Shown one piece after another: positions 13,065 through 30,759 of a DNA stretch of 64,000 nt; within the stretch, counting starts at the first letter, position 1; the number at the start of each line of letters is the position of its first letter. Source of the DNA: Chrysomallon squamiferum (Eukaryota > Animalia > Mollusca). The stretch spans positions 7,626,001 to 7,690,000 of the forward strand of contig CM022676.1 of NCBI GenBank assembly GCA_012295275.1, read 5' to 3'. The notes beneath the pieces were generated by a model. It was not told the DNA's origin. It was given only the letters and a program-made list of their open reading frames with translations, and ran no database searches. A program made the position numbers and the translations under genes.

Positions 13065-13560
13065 TTATTCTGTACTGTACAGTATTATACTATACTATGC
13101 AATGCTAGATTATACTGTACTGTATGATAGTGTGTTATACTATATTGTACTGTGCTATACCATACCACACTGTAGTATACTATAAAACGCTGTACTGTAC
13201 TATACAATGCTGTACTGTACTGTTCTGTATAATACTGTACTTTACTGTTCTGTACTATACAATACTGTACTGTACTGTACTAGAACATACTGTACTATAC
13301 TATACAATACTAGACTGTACAATACTGTACCGTACTACACTATACTATACAATACTGTACTATATTGTACAATACTATACTATGCTATACTGTACTGTAC
13401 TGGTTTTTATTGTGTTGTACTATAGTATTCAGTACTATATTGTGCTATGCTATCCTATACAATACTATACTATAATAAACAAAACATACTGTACTGTACT
13501 ATAACTATACTGTACCATACTATACTATATTTTATTGTATTGTACTATATTGTATATTGA
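13065..13560. repeat. Degenerate pentanucleotide satellite (TATAC/TGTAC)n
   Basis: Visible 5-nt periodicity; source of the YCTVL-repeat ORFs. Confidence 0.9.
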
Positions 13561-13787
13561 AATTTTTTTTATTTATTTAATTCGTTTTACTTTAATTATT
13601 TTAATTTTATTTTTAATTTCTTGTTATTTGTAGTATCTGAAAGAGAGTATTTATTTATTTATTTGTTTGTTTATTTATAGAACTAGTGGAGTACCACAAC
13701 TGAATAAAGAATCCAGAAAGATAATAACAATATTCTGATATTAAATGAATATAAACAGTTTTAATTACTGTTGTTTTTTTTGTTTTC

Positions 13788-13835
<48 letters not shown>

Positions 13836-14716
13836 CCTGATTGCTTATAATTTATTTTCTTCTTTTTTTTTAATTTTGTTTTTAGACTTGTTCTTCTGCT
13901 TTTTCTTCTTTTTCTTTTATTAGAATTAATCATTTAGACATTTCGATTATCAGTCATGTTCTACTACTGTTTGCCTCGCTATTGATTATGTCTGACGTAG
14001 TCTCATATTCACGTGTCACTCCCCCCACCTCAACATGCAGCTGTGATCCCTGGTATCCTGTTACTTCGCCATTTTGAATCGTTATCGGTTTATATATATA
14101 TATATTTAATTTTAATTTTTTTATTACCATATTACTTTTATTATGACAATTGTTCAAGCTATTTATGAAACTAAAATTACTTTGTTAATTAAAATATTCA
14201 TAAAAACTTCAAATAATAAAATAGACGCAGACGAAAAACAGGCCGGTAGCATATGTATGCAGATAAACAGAGCGTATCTTGTTTACTGCAACTAGACTCT
14301 TCAACACTCAACAGTCACTTCGATTGTTTAAAGTGGAACATTTGCAAACAGTCTCTGCAATATAATAATAACAACAACAACAACAATAATAATAGTAATA
14401 CTAATAACATAACAACAACAACAACAATAATAGTAATAATAATAAGAAAAACAATAGTTGTAGTAATACTATTACTAATATTACTAATAATAGTAACAAT
14501 AATATTAAGATTAATAACAATAGCAGCAGCAACAACAGCTGCAGCAAAAACAACAATAACAACAATAATAATAATAAATAAATAAGGTGGACATGTACGT
14601 TTCGTGAATCAAGTAAATAGTTTAAAATATATTCAGCAAACTTCTATCTTATTTTTATTGTTTGATGATGTCCAGTCTTTATTCTAACGATCATTCCTAT
14701 AAACATGCTGACTTCA

Positions 14717-14807
<91 letters not shown>

Positions 14808-15137
14808 TGATCTTGCGGCCAGTGAACTTAAGAGTAGTCTTAAAAAAAGAAAGAAAGAAAGAAAGACTGTATGAAACAATTTAAACAATGAATAAATGAT
14901 TAATGAAAGAATGAATAAGTGATTGATGAAAGAAAGAAAAGGTAATTAGAGAATGAATTAAAAAACAAAGAACTAGAGAAATAATGAATGAAAGAAAGAA
15001 AACAAGAACATGAATAAAAGAGCGATACTAGGAGAGAGACAGACGGGTCAGTGAAAATGTATGATGGCTGGGTTGGAATTACCAAATTTTTAAATAATAA
15101 AAATAATATTAACAGCAATAACAACAAGAACAATAGC

Positions 15138-15170
<33 letters not shown>

Positions 15171-15205
15171 AATAATTATAATAATAAGAAGAAGAAGAAG
15201 ATGCA

Positions 15206-15244
<39 letters not shown>

Positions 15245-15617
15245 TAATAATAATATGATGATGATGATGAGGAGGAGGAGGAGGAGGAGGAGGAGGAGGA
15301 AGAAAAGGAGGAGGAGGATAATAAAAGTATAATGATATGACGATAATTACAACAACAACCACGTCAACAACAAATACAATAACATTTATTTTTCAAGATA
15401 AAATCTTTAGAATTCAAATTGGCTGTGAAATTCCAAGAAGGTACTTCTAGCACTGTTTATTTTTCATGCAAGATACGTAGTACATGTTTTAGCAGAGATC
15501 CAGACACTGACACAATCACGTTTCCCTCGTCATTCTCCGCTATTTCGTGTCGCCCGAAATACACTACAGACACTTTGCGGTGTACTGAATGTTAAACTGT
15601 TTAATGCGTGTGTGTTT

Positions 15618-18297
<2,680 letters not shown>

Positions 18298-18454
18298 CTG
18301 AGGTTCGCCAGCTCGTAGTATATTTGATAAAGTTTGTGATAAGAACAAGGAAGTTTTTCTTGGTCTCGTTTGTTATGACGTAATTGTATCTAGATTACGT
18401 CACTCCTAAAGGATCTTTTTTTAGCAACACGAGATAGTATGGTAGGTAAAAAAA

Positions 18455-18502
<48 letters not shown>

Positions 18503-20435
18503 TTATTATGCTTTTATGAACTGGTGTGTTAATATAGCATTTAGCGGGAAGAAAACAAAGGTTTAACGCTAGAGTATTTTTAACAATCCTTCTGAAAGAG
18601 AATTCATGGGTGCGGTTGGCTTTTCAGAGTGATGATATATAGACAGAAAATTAACAATCCTTCTGATAAAAATGGAATGATCTATTTATTTGTTCGAAAT
18701 GACGTCAAGGGAGAAAACCATTTCTGTTCATTCTAATCTGCAGGTTATTTTATCATCATGTTTGGTAACAAATAATGGGCGATATTCTTAATGGTAAGCA
18801 CTAATGAAGTTTGTTTAACATTGAGTTTGAAAAACTCACAGCCTTCTGTATTATTTATCATTGATTTTACTCCTCAAACATATTAATAATAATGTTAACA
18901 AAAACATAAACAACAATAATAACAACAACAAAAACAATAATAATAATAATGACAATAACAACAAGAAGAATAATAATATAACAATAATAATAGCAGCAAT
19001 ACCAAAGATGATGATGAGCATAATGATAATAATAGTAGTTGTAGTAGTAGTAGTAGTAGTAGTAGTACAAGTAGTAATAATAGTAGCAGCAGCAGCAATA
19101 GTAGTAGTAGTAGTAGTAGTAATAATAATAATAATAATTACAACAACAGTAATTCATACCAGCTCAAAGTTCAGTAAATGTATGTCTGTATGTATGTATA
19201 CATGCTTATTCTTTAATTATAATAACACAATTTAATTGCCATTAGTTTGATTAACATTCATACTGAATTGTTTCTTAATTATAATAACAAAGTTTAATTA
19301 TCATTAGTTAGTTTGATAAACTTTCATGCTGAATTGTTTCTTAATTATAATAACTAAAACCTCATTGTAAGCTTACTCGGTAAATAACTATTATTAGATC
19401 ATATAATAATACATATATTCTTTAAATGTAAACTTGTGTTGTATTTCTAGTGATTTAACGTTGGCGAAATATAAATACATAATTACCTTGTTCTGTGAAT
19501 ACTCTTAGAACCAGACAAATCGAGTACTATCTAACCGATACATGGAGATCTGTGTGTATTGTCAGTGCTATTTTGGAGGAAGAGTTTTACGCCCTTTGCG
19601 GGATTCTAATTTGATTACGTGGCACGGTGCTAATTAATGGTCGCATGCGACTGCGTTAAACAGAGACAAAGAAAGAGACTGTATATTATACTCGTGCACA
19701 CATGAATGAATATGTGTATATATGTGTGTCTATGTGAGTTTATATGTATTTTGTGTATTTATGTACTCGAATAAGAATGTATATCATACTGTTCTATTCT
19801 TTTTTCTTCTCTGTGCGGTCGTACGTATGAATCTATGTATATTTGTGTGTGTGTATATATGTATCAGCTTGTATATGTACGCATCTATATGCACACATAC
19901 GTTCTTACCTACAAAATTATATATTTGCAGATATCTAGACAGTGAGCTGGTGAATGGATAGATGGACGGGTGGATCGATACACTGATGTAAAGAATGGAA
20001 AAAAAATCAGACATAATTATTAATTAACAGCTATATATAAAATGAATTACAGTGTATCATTATAATTCAAATATTAACACTTATAAATTATCAACCATAC
20101 ATAAAATGAACTATAATGGACATAGTGTATCATTAGAAATAAAATATTAAATTTCACACTTCCAAGTAGTTGTATATAGACGGTAACAAACAGATAAAGG
20201 GAGGACTTTTTGAATTGTGGCGTAACCTAGACAAAATGGCTGTTTATCAAGTTTTGTATCTTAAACTGTGATGTGACTGATCAGTTTCACTCTGGTGTGT
20301 TATAACTCTACACTCTATTCAAAGCCAGCCATGTATGAAAGAAGACGCACAAGACATGTAACCCAGAACACACGATACTCTTTCTGGCAAGTTATTGCAT
20401 TTTTACTACTGTGTTCGGTTTAAACGGGGAATGTG

Positions 20436-20557
<122 letters not shown>

Positions 20558-20607
20558 TGTGTTTGTGTGTGTGTGTGCGTCTATATATAATAGATCTAAG
20601 TCGTTAA

Positions 20608-20698
20608 AGTCCGTGTGAGTATACACCTATATCATATATAATTACACACATATGTTAAAGAGTTGTGGGGGGTTTCTTATGTATTTTTAATCATCATG

Positions 20699-20766
<68 letters not shown>

Positions 20767-22280
20767 TTATTATTATTATACGTCGAACAAACAACACTGA
20801 TTCAATAGTTTACAGTTAATTAGGAAAAAATCATCACTTAATTTTCTCTTTCACTCTCAGATTTGTTTTTGCTGACTAGTGTTAATCATTTATTCATTCA
20901 TCTGTCTTTCTTTTTCTCAGTGTGTTGTTCTGTGAATTGACACATACTTCCACCCATCAGTCTATCCTCGAAATGCATGCACTTACATATATTTAAAATA
21001 CTAGCACACTTGATAAAAATAACTACCTCTGCCGCCATATTGATTTTGTTAATTTAATATTTGTAAAACAAGAAGTAAATTTTCCTATTCTGAAGTGAAA
21101 ACATTTCGTGAATATTCGAATACAAAGAAGTAACGCATAATACAAACGTAGTGCTGACGAGAATTTTTATATTTAGATACTTAGTAGAAACCAAAACAAG
21201 GAAGAAATTAAAAAGAAAGTAGCTTAAAAGGTATAATTTTTATTAACGACAGTTAAAACTAAAATACTGAAAATGAGTTGTAAGTTGTTCTGTGCGTTTG
21301 TGTTGCTGGGATGTGTATTGCACGTACACGGTATGTATTTTATATTTATATTATGTATCTCTATCTGAAATGATCTCATTTAGTCGGTAAAGTCCGTGTG
21401 TGTATACACCTATATCATATATAATTACATAAACATGTTACAGGGTTGTGGGGGATTTCTTTTGTTTTTTTAATCATCATGATCATCATCATCATTATCA
21501 TCATCATCATCATTATTATTATTATTATTATTATACGTCGTACAAACAACACTGATTCAATAGTTTACAGTTAATTAGGAAAAAATCATGACTTAATTTT
21601 CTCTTTCACTCTCAGATTTGTTTTTGCTGACTAGTGTTAATCATTTATTCATTCATCTGTCTTTCTCTTTCTCAGTGTGTTGTTCTGTGAATTGACACAT
21701 ACTTCCACCCATCAGTCTATCCTCGAAATGCATGCGCACTTACATAGATTTAAAATACAAGAATATTTGATAAAAATAACTACCTCTGCCGCCATATTGA
21801 TTTTGTTAATTGCTAACATTTGTAAAACAAGAAGTAAATTTTCCTATTCTAAAAACAAGGACGTTTCGTTAATATTCGAATACAAAGAAGTAACGCATAA
21901 TACAAATGTAGTGCTGACGAGAATTTCTATATTTAGATATTAGGCTCCAGTAGAAACCAAAACAAGGACGAAATTAAAACGAAAGTAGCTTAAAAGGTAT
22001 AATTTTTATTAACGACAGTTAAAACTAAAATACTGAAAATGAGTTGTAAGTTGTTCTCTGTGCGTTCGTGTTGCTGGGATGTGTATTGTACGTACACGGT
22101 ATGTATTTTATATTTATATTATGTATCTCTATCTGAAATGATCTCATTTAGTCGGTAAAGTCCGTGTGTGTATACACCTATATCATATACAATTATATAA
22201 ATATGTTACAGGGTTGTGGGGGATTTCTTTTTTTTTTTTAATCATAATTATCATTATCATCATTATTATCATCATCATCA

Positions 22281-22318
<38 letters not shown>

Positions 22319-23064
22319 TATACGTCGTACAAACAACACTGATTCAATAGTTTACAGTTAATTAGGAAAAAATCATCACTTAATTTTCTCTTTCACTCTC
22401 AGATTTGTTTTTGCTGACTAGTGTTAATCATTTATTCATTCATCTGTCTTTCTTTTTCTCAGTGTGCTGTTCTGTGAATTGACACATACTTCCACCCATG
22501 AGTCTATCCTCGAAATGCATGCGCACTTACATAGATTTAAAATACTAGCACACTTGATAAAAATAACTACCTCTGCCGCCATATTGATTTTGTTAATTGC
22601 TAATATTTGTAAAACAAGAAGTAAATTTTCCTATTCTAAAATGTACACGTTTCGTTAATATTCGAATACAAAGAAGTAACGCATAATACAAATGTAGTGC
22701 TGACGAGAATTTCTATATTTAGATATTAGGCTCCAGTAGAAACCAAAACAAGGACGAAATTAAAACGAAAGTAGCTTAGAAGGTATAATTTTTATTAACG
22801 ACAGTTAAAACTAAAATACTGAAAATGAGTTGTAAGTTGTTCTCTGCGTTCGTGTTGCTGGGATGTGTATTGTACGTACACGGTATGTATTTTATATTTA
22901 TATTATGTATCTCTATCTGAAATGATCTCATTTAGTCGGTAAAGTCCGTGTGTGTATACACCTATATCATGTACAATTATATAAATATGTTACAGGGTTG
23001 TGGGGGATTTCTTTTGTTTTTTTAATCATAATTATCATTATCATCATTATTATCATCATCATCA

Positions 23065-23111
<47 letters not shown>

Positions 23112-23857
23112 CGTCGTACAAACAACACTGATTCAATAGTTTACAGTTAATTAGGAAAAAAATCATCACTTAATTTTCTCTTTCACTCTCAGATTTGTTT
23201 TTGCTGACTAGTGTTAATCATTTATTCATTCATCTGTCTTTCTTTTTCTCAGTGTGCTGTTCTGTGAATTGACACATACTTCCACCCATGAGTCTATCCT
23301 CGAAATGCATGCGCACTTACATAGATTTAAAATACTAGCACACTTGATAAAAATAACTACCTCTGCCGCCATATTGATTTTGTTAATTGCTAATATTTGT
23401 AAAACAAGAAGTAAATTTTCCTATTCTGAAGTGAAAACAGTTTATGAATATTCGAATACAAAGAAGTAACGCATAATACAAACGTAGTGCTGACGAGAAT
23501 TTCTATATTTAGATGCTTAGTAGAAACCAAAACAAGGAAGAAATTAAAACGAAAGTAGCTTAAAAGGTATAATTTTTATTAACGACAGTTAAAACTAAAA
23601 TACTGAAAATGAGTTGTAAGTTGTTCTGTGCGTTCGTGTTGCTGGGATGTGTATTGCACGTACACGGTATGTATTTTATATTTATATTATGTATCTCTAT
23701 CTGAAATGATCTCATTTAGTCGGTAAAGTCCGTGTGTGTATACACCTATATCATATATAATTACATAAACATGTTACAGGGTTGTGGGGGATTTCTTTTG
23801 TTTTTTTAATCATCATGATCATCATCATCATTATCATCATCATCATCATTATTATTA

Positions 23858-23907
<50 letters not shown>

Positions 23908-24645
23908 CGTCCTACAAACAACACTGATTCAATAGTTTACAGTTAATTAGGAAAAAATCATCACTTAATTTTCTCTTTCACTCTCAGATTTGTTTTTGCT
24001 GACTAGTGTTAATCATTTATTCATTCGTCTGTCTTTCTTTTTCTCAGTGTGCTGTTCTGTGAATTGACACATACTTCCACCCATCAGTCTATCCTCGCAA
24101 TGCATGCGCACTTACATAGATTTAAAATACTAGCACAATTGATAAAAATAACTACCTCTGTCACCATATCGATTTTGTTAATTGCTAATATTTGTAAAAC
24201 AAGAAGTAAATTTTCCTATTCTGAAGTGAAAACAGTTTATGAATATTCGAATACAAAGAAGTAACGCATAATACAAACGTAGTGCTGACGAGAATTTCTA
24301 TATTTAGATGCTTAGTAGAAACCAAAACAAGGAAGAAATTAAAACGAAAGTAGCTTAAAAGGTATAATTTTTATTAACGACAGTTAAAACTAACATACTG
24401 AAAATGAGTTGTAAGTTGTTCTGTGCGTTCGTGTTGCTGGGATGTGTATTGTACGTACACGGTATGTGTTTTATATTTATATTATGTATCTCTATCTGAA
24501 ATGATCTCATTTAGTCGGTAAAGTCTGTGTGTGTATACACCTATATCATATATAATTACATAAACATGTTACAGGGTTGTGGGGGATTTCTTTTGTTATT
24601 TTAATCATCATGATCATCATCATCATTATCATCATCATCATCATC

Positions 24646-24677
<32 letters not shown>

Positions 24678-25115
24678 ACGTCGTACAAACAACACTGATT
24701 CAATAGTTTATAGTTAATTAGGAAAAAATCATTTAATTTTCTCTTTCACTCTCAGATTTGTTTTTGCTGACTAGTGTTAATCATTTATTCATTCATCTGT
24801 CTTTCTTTTTCTCAGTGTGTTGTTCTGTGAATTGACACATACTTCCACCCATCAGTCTATCCTCGAAATGCATGCGCACTTACATAGATTTAAAATACTA
24901 GCACACTTGATAAAAATAACTACCTCTGCCGCCATATTGATTTTGTTAATTGCTAATATTTGTAAAACAAGAAGTAAATTTTCCTATTCTGAAGTGAAAC
25001 CATTTTATGAATATTCGAATACAAAGAAGTAACGCATAATACAAACGTAGTGCTGACGAGAATTTCTATATTTAGATACTTAGTAGAAACCAAAACAAGG
25101 AAGAAATTAAAACGA
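20608..25115. repeat. Tandem array of ~785-bp units (5 full + 1 truncated) containing the IgSF leader exon
   Basis: Units start near 20608, 21391, 22159, 22943, 23727, 24522. Leader exons (MSCKLF(C/S)AFVLLGCVL(H/Y)VH-G|GTATGT) at 21273-21330, 22039-22098 (2-nt insertion, out of phase), 22825-22882, 23609-23666, 24404-24461. Confidence 0.95.
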
Positions 25116-25279
25116 ACGTAGATTATTCATATCTATCTGAAGTAATCTCATTTAGTAACTGTGAAATCAGAGTGGAGTAGGCTTTATGTGTGGATGACGG
25201 TTATGATCCGGAAAGTAGAAATCTTGGATAAATAGATTTATTACCAGTTTAACTGTCTAACAACAGGCAGATATTGCAT

Positions 25280-25480
25280 CCAGAACACATTAATACGTTG
25301 ATAACTCAGAACACGTTAATACAGTTTAATTCATGATTACGTTGATAACACAATACAAGTTAATACAGTGAATTCATGACTACTTTGATAACCCAGAACA
25401 CATTAATTCAGTGAATTGATGATTATGTTGATAACACATTACACGTTAATACAGTTTAATTCATGATTACGTTGATGGGA
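25280..25480. repeat. 43-bp minisatellite, ~4-5 degenerate units (first intron of copy A)
   Basis: ACACGTTAATACAGT..TTCATGATTACGTTGATAA units, followed by the same GGGATCACTTCATAAATAAAATTATG flank as the other arrays. Confidence 0.8.
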
Positions 25481-26269
25481 TCACTTCATAAATAAAATTA
25501 TGATTTAATAACACTTCATTTCTTACTGGCAATTAATTTTTATATTTGTTTCCTAACCAGCTTAGATGTAGGCTTTCGTTGATTACGTTGATAAAGCAGG
25601 AAAATTCAGTATAAAAATACAACGCTGTATGTCATGTCTCAGAGCTGTATTTAGGTTGCTCGATTCAGTCGACTGCGTTTAGCGTTTTGAAAGATATATT
25701 CAACCACCCAGAGAAAATCTTACAAATAATACTAACAGCAGTGAAAACGTGAAAGTAGTGACATGAAATGAATATTATTTTTTTATTAACGGGAATGAAA
25801 ACTAAAATACTGGAACAAAGTTGTTTCTTATTCTGTTAGTTCGTGTCACTGGGATGTTTATTGTACATAAAAGGTATGTATTTTATATTCAAATTATGTA
25901 GCTGTACCTGAGCTAATCCGTTTCATTTACAAAATGTGAAATCTAATAGGTGGTGTCGTCGTCATTTCTGGATGACTGATGTAAATTGAAATGTATTTCT
26001 GTGTCAGCTGAACTCTTGAGATATATCTGTTAAAATCTGAAGAAAAAAAAAACAGAACATAATATAAAGTAATATAAAATAACATAGCAACATTACAATG
26101 CATTGCATAATATCAGTCCATTAGACAGCGTACTGTAACGTAATGTAACTTAATGTAAGAAGTCTAAAATTATGTAATAAAACATACTACTACTACTACT
26201 ACTACTACTAATAATAATAATAATAATAATAATTTAGTTTAGATTAATTTAATTTAATATAAGTTAATT

Positions 26270-26320
<51 letters not shown>

Positions 26321-27842
26321 CTTCTAATTTAAGGTCAGCATTATAGATTAATAACGTCAGACAGATATGCAGTTGTTGGATCACCATTTTCTTTTACCTG
26401 TCGAGGAAACCATTCTAGTCTAATTAGCTGGTTTGTGAATAATACAGAATACAGGATGAATGGACAGAGAAGAAACGGTCACTGTGATTTGAATGGTGTA
26501 TATCCAAAAGAATACACGTTTTACTGTTCAGGTGATATAAACATCCTCACAATAAAATCTGTCAAACTCAGTCAACAAGGAACTGTGTGGAGATATGGAG
26601 ATGATAGAGGACACAGCAATGAAGTAAAACTGGAAGTGAGAGGTAAAATTAATTTATTTATTATTAATATTATTATTATACCTATTATATGTTGTTTAAA
26701 TTTTTTTTAAATAAGGCTGGAAGTGTGAGGTAAAACTAACTTATTTATTATTATTGTAGGGTATTAAATGTTGTTTACCAAACCAATGAAATGAAACTTG
26801 AAGTGAGAAGTAAAATTAACATATTGATTATTATTATCATCATCATTGTACCTATTAGATATTGTCAAAACAACAAACGAAATAAAACTTGAAGTGAGAA
26901 GTAAAAATATGTACTCTTAATGATAACTAAGCGATAAACTAAATAAAACAAAACATTTCTAGAAGTCAGATGTATTATCAGTTTTATTTTTATAATTATC
27001 TTTCTAGGAAATATGTACTTTTAATTAGAATTATAATCTCAGTAAAATAAAACGATACTGTAACTCATTTATTTTGTCAGTTTTATGTCTATAATGTACT
27101 GATACTGAAAACTAAGCAATACATCTCAATAAAAGAAAATAATACTTGAAATCAGTGGTCAAAAACCTTAACTTTTTTATAGATTATAATTACAGATGAT
27201 AAGAATTATTAATGTATTTTAACATTTAAGTAAATTTATATTCTTACATGAAAGAGTGTCCAGCCTAATTATACGCTTAAACAGTTAGGTACATCTTCAC
27301 AACAATTACAACGACAACATCAGTAAGAAAAAAGCAGAAATATGACGACAATGATGATTGTGCTGGAGATGATGATGATGATGATGCTGTTGATAACTTA
27401 TTTTTAGATGGTCCTGGAACATCACTGAAGCTGAATACTTCTTCTGTTGTGACTGCTATGGAAGGAAGTGACGTCACTGTGTCTTGTTCAGCGACGTGTT
27501 TCATCAAGTGTAATTATCAGTGGAAACTCTCCGATAACGTCATAAGTAACAAAGGCATTCTCTCACTGGCCAATATTAATAGATTACAGTCAGGTGTCTA
27601 TGTGTGTACGGCTGAAAATCCAGATACGAAACAAACTGCCAACAAAACACTTCATTTGATTGTACATCGTAAGTAAGAAATTAATTATAGTAAAAATAAA
27701 AGTCATAAAATAAACAGGCAACTCAATATTTGTTAGAGCTGTTTGTTTAAAATATCAGAGAACCAGTTATAAATGCTTACGTACGAATATCCAGTCTGAG
27801 TCACTTTTGTTATGATACAGATTACATTATGTGTGTATTTAA

Positions 27843-28109
27843 ACGCTATCAGCGGTCTTTCTTTTACCTTGACATGTCAGATTTTCCAATATTCACATCG
27901 CGTCACGGGGTTTGATAATGACCTCACCTTTGACTTGTTGAATTTTGATGTTATGTCACGTTTTATTGGAAATTAGATTTTCAAATGCTTAGGTGACAAG
28001 TTCTTAGTCACTATAACATCTGTCAATAGAAATCAACAAGGAAATGTTTGGCGATGTGAAGATATCGATCACCGATATTCGAGTAACAGAGTCGTTTTGA
28101 AAGTTAGAG
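27843..28109 (+). pseudogene. Dead Ig3 exon of copy A
   Basis: Homologous to 52047-52358, but the acceptor and first codons are deleted, TGG is GGG (core Trp lost), there is an internal deletion and an in-frame TAG (GGA AAT TAG versus GGA AAC TAC). Confidence 0.85.
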
Positions 28110-28183
28110 GTATCTTAATTCAATTTAGTTGAATTTAATTAATTATTACTTGTAGTATCACCATTATCATCATCATCGTCAAG

Positions 28184-28232
<49 letters not shown>

Positions 28233-28734
28233 TAACCACGACAACAACGGTATCAACAGGATGACAATAATAATGATGACGATAATGTTGATGATTATGA
28301 AGAGAATCATGTTGATAATAACAAAAAATAAATATATATCCAAGATGTATGTAACTTTTTAGCTTTGATTTATTTATTTTTTTTATTTACTTATTTATTT
28401 ATTTTTATTTATTTTTTTATTTTATTTTTTTCACAGACGGTCCCGGCGGCTCACTTCGAATTAATTCTTCATCTGACATCACTGTAGAGGAAGGAAGTGA
28501 CGTCACAATATCATGCAAAGCCGATTGTTTTATGAACTGCCTTTACAGATGGGAACTGACCAATGAAACTGTCAGTAACAACGGACTACTGTCTCTAACT
28601 AATATCACGAAATTTCAAGATGGCGTCTACACATGCACTGCTGTTAATCCGGATACGAGTGAATCAGCACATAAACAAATTATTATTAATGTTAAGCGTA
28701 AGTTTCAATTCATTTTATTTAGCATTTAATAAAT

Positions 28735-28824
<90 letters not shown>

Positions 28825-29512
28825 ATACAAACAGCACCTTAACTGAAATATACTTTAACAATAGTAAATAAATAATTACCTACTCTGTGAAGATACATCA
28901 ACAATAGGAAATACAAATTACCTATTGACGATATATAAACAATATGTTAATTAAATTTCACATTTTTGTTTTTATTAAAGAATTTTCAGGCACTGTAGAA
29001 GCCAGCAGTCAGTTTGATAAAACACTTGGCAGCGGTTTTGGACTTTGCTCTGCTCTGTCTGTAATCATTGTCATTGGCGTTGTTCTCTTCGTCCGATATA
29101 AAAGAAGTATTTATTTATTTGTTTATTTACTTACTTGCTTACTTACTCACTCACTTATTTAATTTCTTACTGATTTACTTACTTACTTACTTATTCATTT
29201 ATTTTTTATTGATTGATTTGTTTGTTTATTTATTTATTTTCTTATTTATTTATATGGTTGTTTGGTTGGTTGTTTGGTCAGTTTATTTGGTTTACTTTTT
29301 TATTTTTATTTTTTGTTTATTCTACATTCTTTATTTATTTTTTTCATTCATCCATTAGGTCTTCATTCCTTCATTCATTCGTTTGTTAATTACATTTACT
29401 TATAGGGTAAAAGGGAGATATCTCAAGTCTAATTTACTCAATTACCTTAAACAGAGTCATTAAACCTGTGTATTTCAGTTTTCTGATAATGATATGGCTG
29501 ATGAAAAAATGA

Positions 29513-29551
<39 letters not shown>

Positions 29552-29951
29552 AGGAAAAGAGAAGTCAACTTCGAATCAAAAAGGTAAAATTATTCATATA
29601 TTTTTATTACTTTTCTTTCTATCTGCAAAATATATTTATGTATTTATATATATATATATATCCACGTCTGTCTGTTTCTGTGTGTCCATATATCTATGTA
29701 TGTTGGGGTGTATGTAGATGTGTACATATGTAATATATGTATGTATGGGTGTACACTACGTATGTATATACGAATGTCTGTGTTAGCATTCCTTTGATAG
29801 TCCTCGGATTATTGCATCAATGAATATGTAATATATATTATTTTATTTGAATAACATTTCTTCAAGTGTTTTTTTTTGTGTTGTGTTTGTAAATTTTCAG
29901 ACATCTACCTAATTTCTACAGTGCTTGTCCCGTTACTGGTAAGTTTACGCA

Positions 29952-30025
<74 letters not shown>

Positions 30026-30759
30026 TACATACAGACACACACAGATATATAGAGCCATGATTACCTCGTGTGCCAGTGTCTTTCCGAATATTGTCTATGT
30101 CCAGTTTTATAATCAGACGTACATAAGACAGAGAATATTCAAATTCTAAAATACACAAACATACATAAATGAATGCATACATATATACATACATTTACAC
30201 ATATATATTACATATGCATATACACACATACATTATATGTGCACCTACATACATATACACACTTACACATTGATGTATCTATGAAAACACATTATTATGT
30301 GTATAAGCATAGAGTGAGAGATACGGTATATATAAAAATATACACTTAAACATAGTCACTTCATAAATTGATACACATTTGTGTGCATGCGTGCACCTGT
30401 GCGCGCGTACTCTTGTATCTGTATATATGTGTATCTGTACTCACACACACACATTAATGCGATAATTTTTATCTCTGCACGAAAACATAACTTGATTCCA
30501 CGTTTCAGATAAGGAGACTGCGCCAGCAGCTGAACATGAAGACACAGAGAATCCATATTCTACTATACAGGAAAGACGAAATGACGTCCCAGACAATGTC
30601 TTAACGCCTGACAGTAAGTGAATTGATGTTAATGAATGGTAAAGAAGAAAACAAATATTGTTTCTTAATCATAGACTTCGTAAGACATTTTGATAAAAAA
30701 ATTAAACAAGGTTAATAAAATATAAAGCTAAATTCAGTAGAGAAGAAACGAAAACTGAA

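Noticed and set aside
13124-15362. Low-complexity ORFs (poly-I, poly-N, poly-K, YCTVL) here and ERER/CVCV/SLSL ORFs throughout the window
   Set aside because: Translations of microsatellites.
21677-25032. Repeated MLFCELTHTSTH.. ORFs in the tandem array
   Set aside because: Non-ATG starts, variable stops between units and no domain features; the plausible coding parts are the short leader exons.
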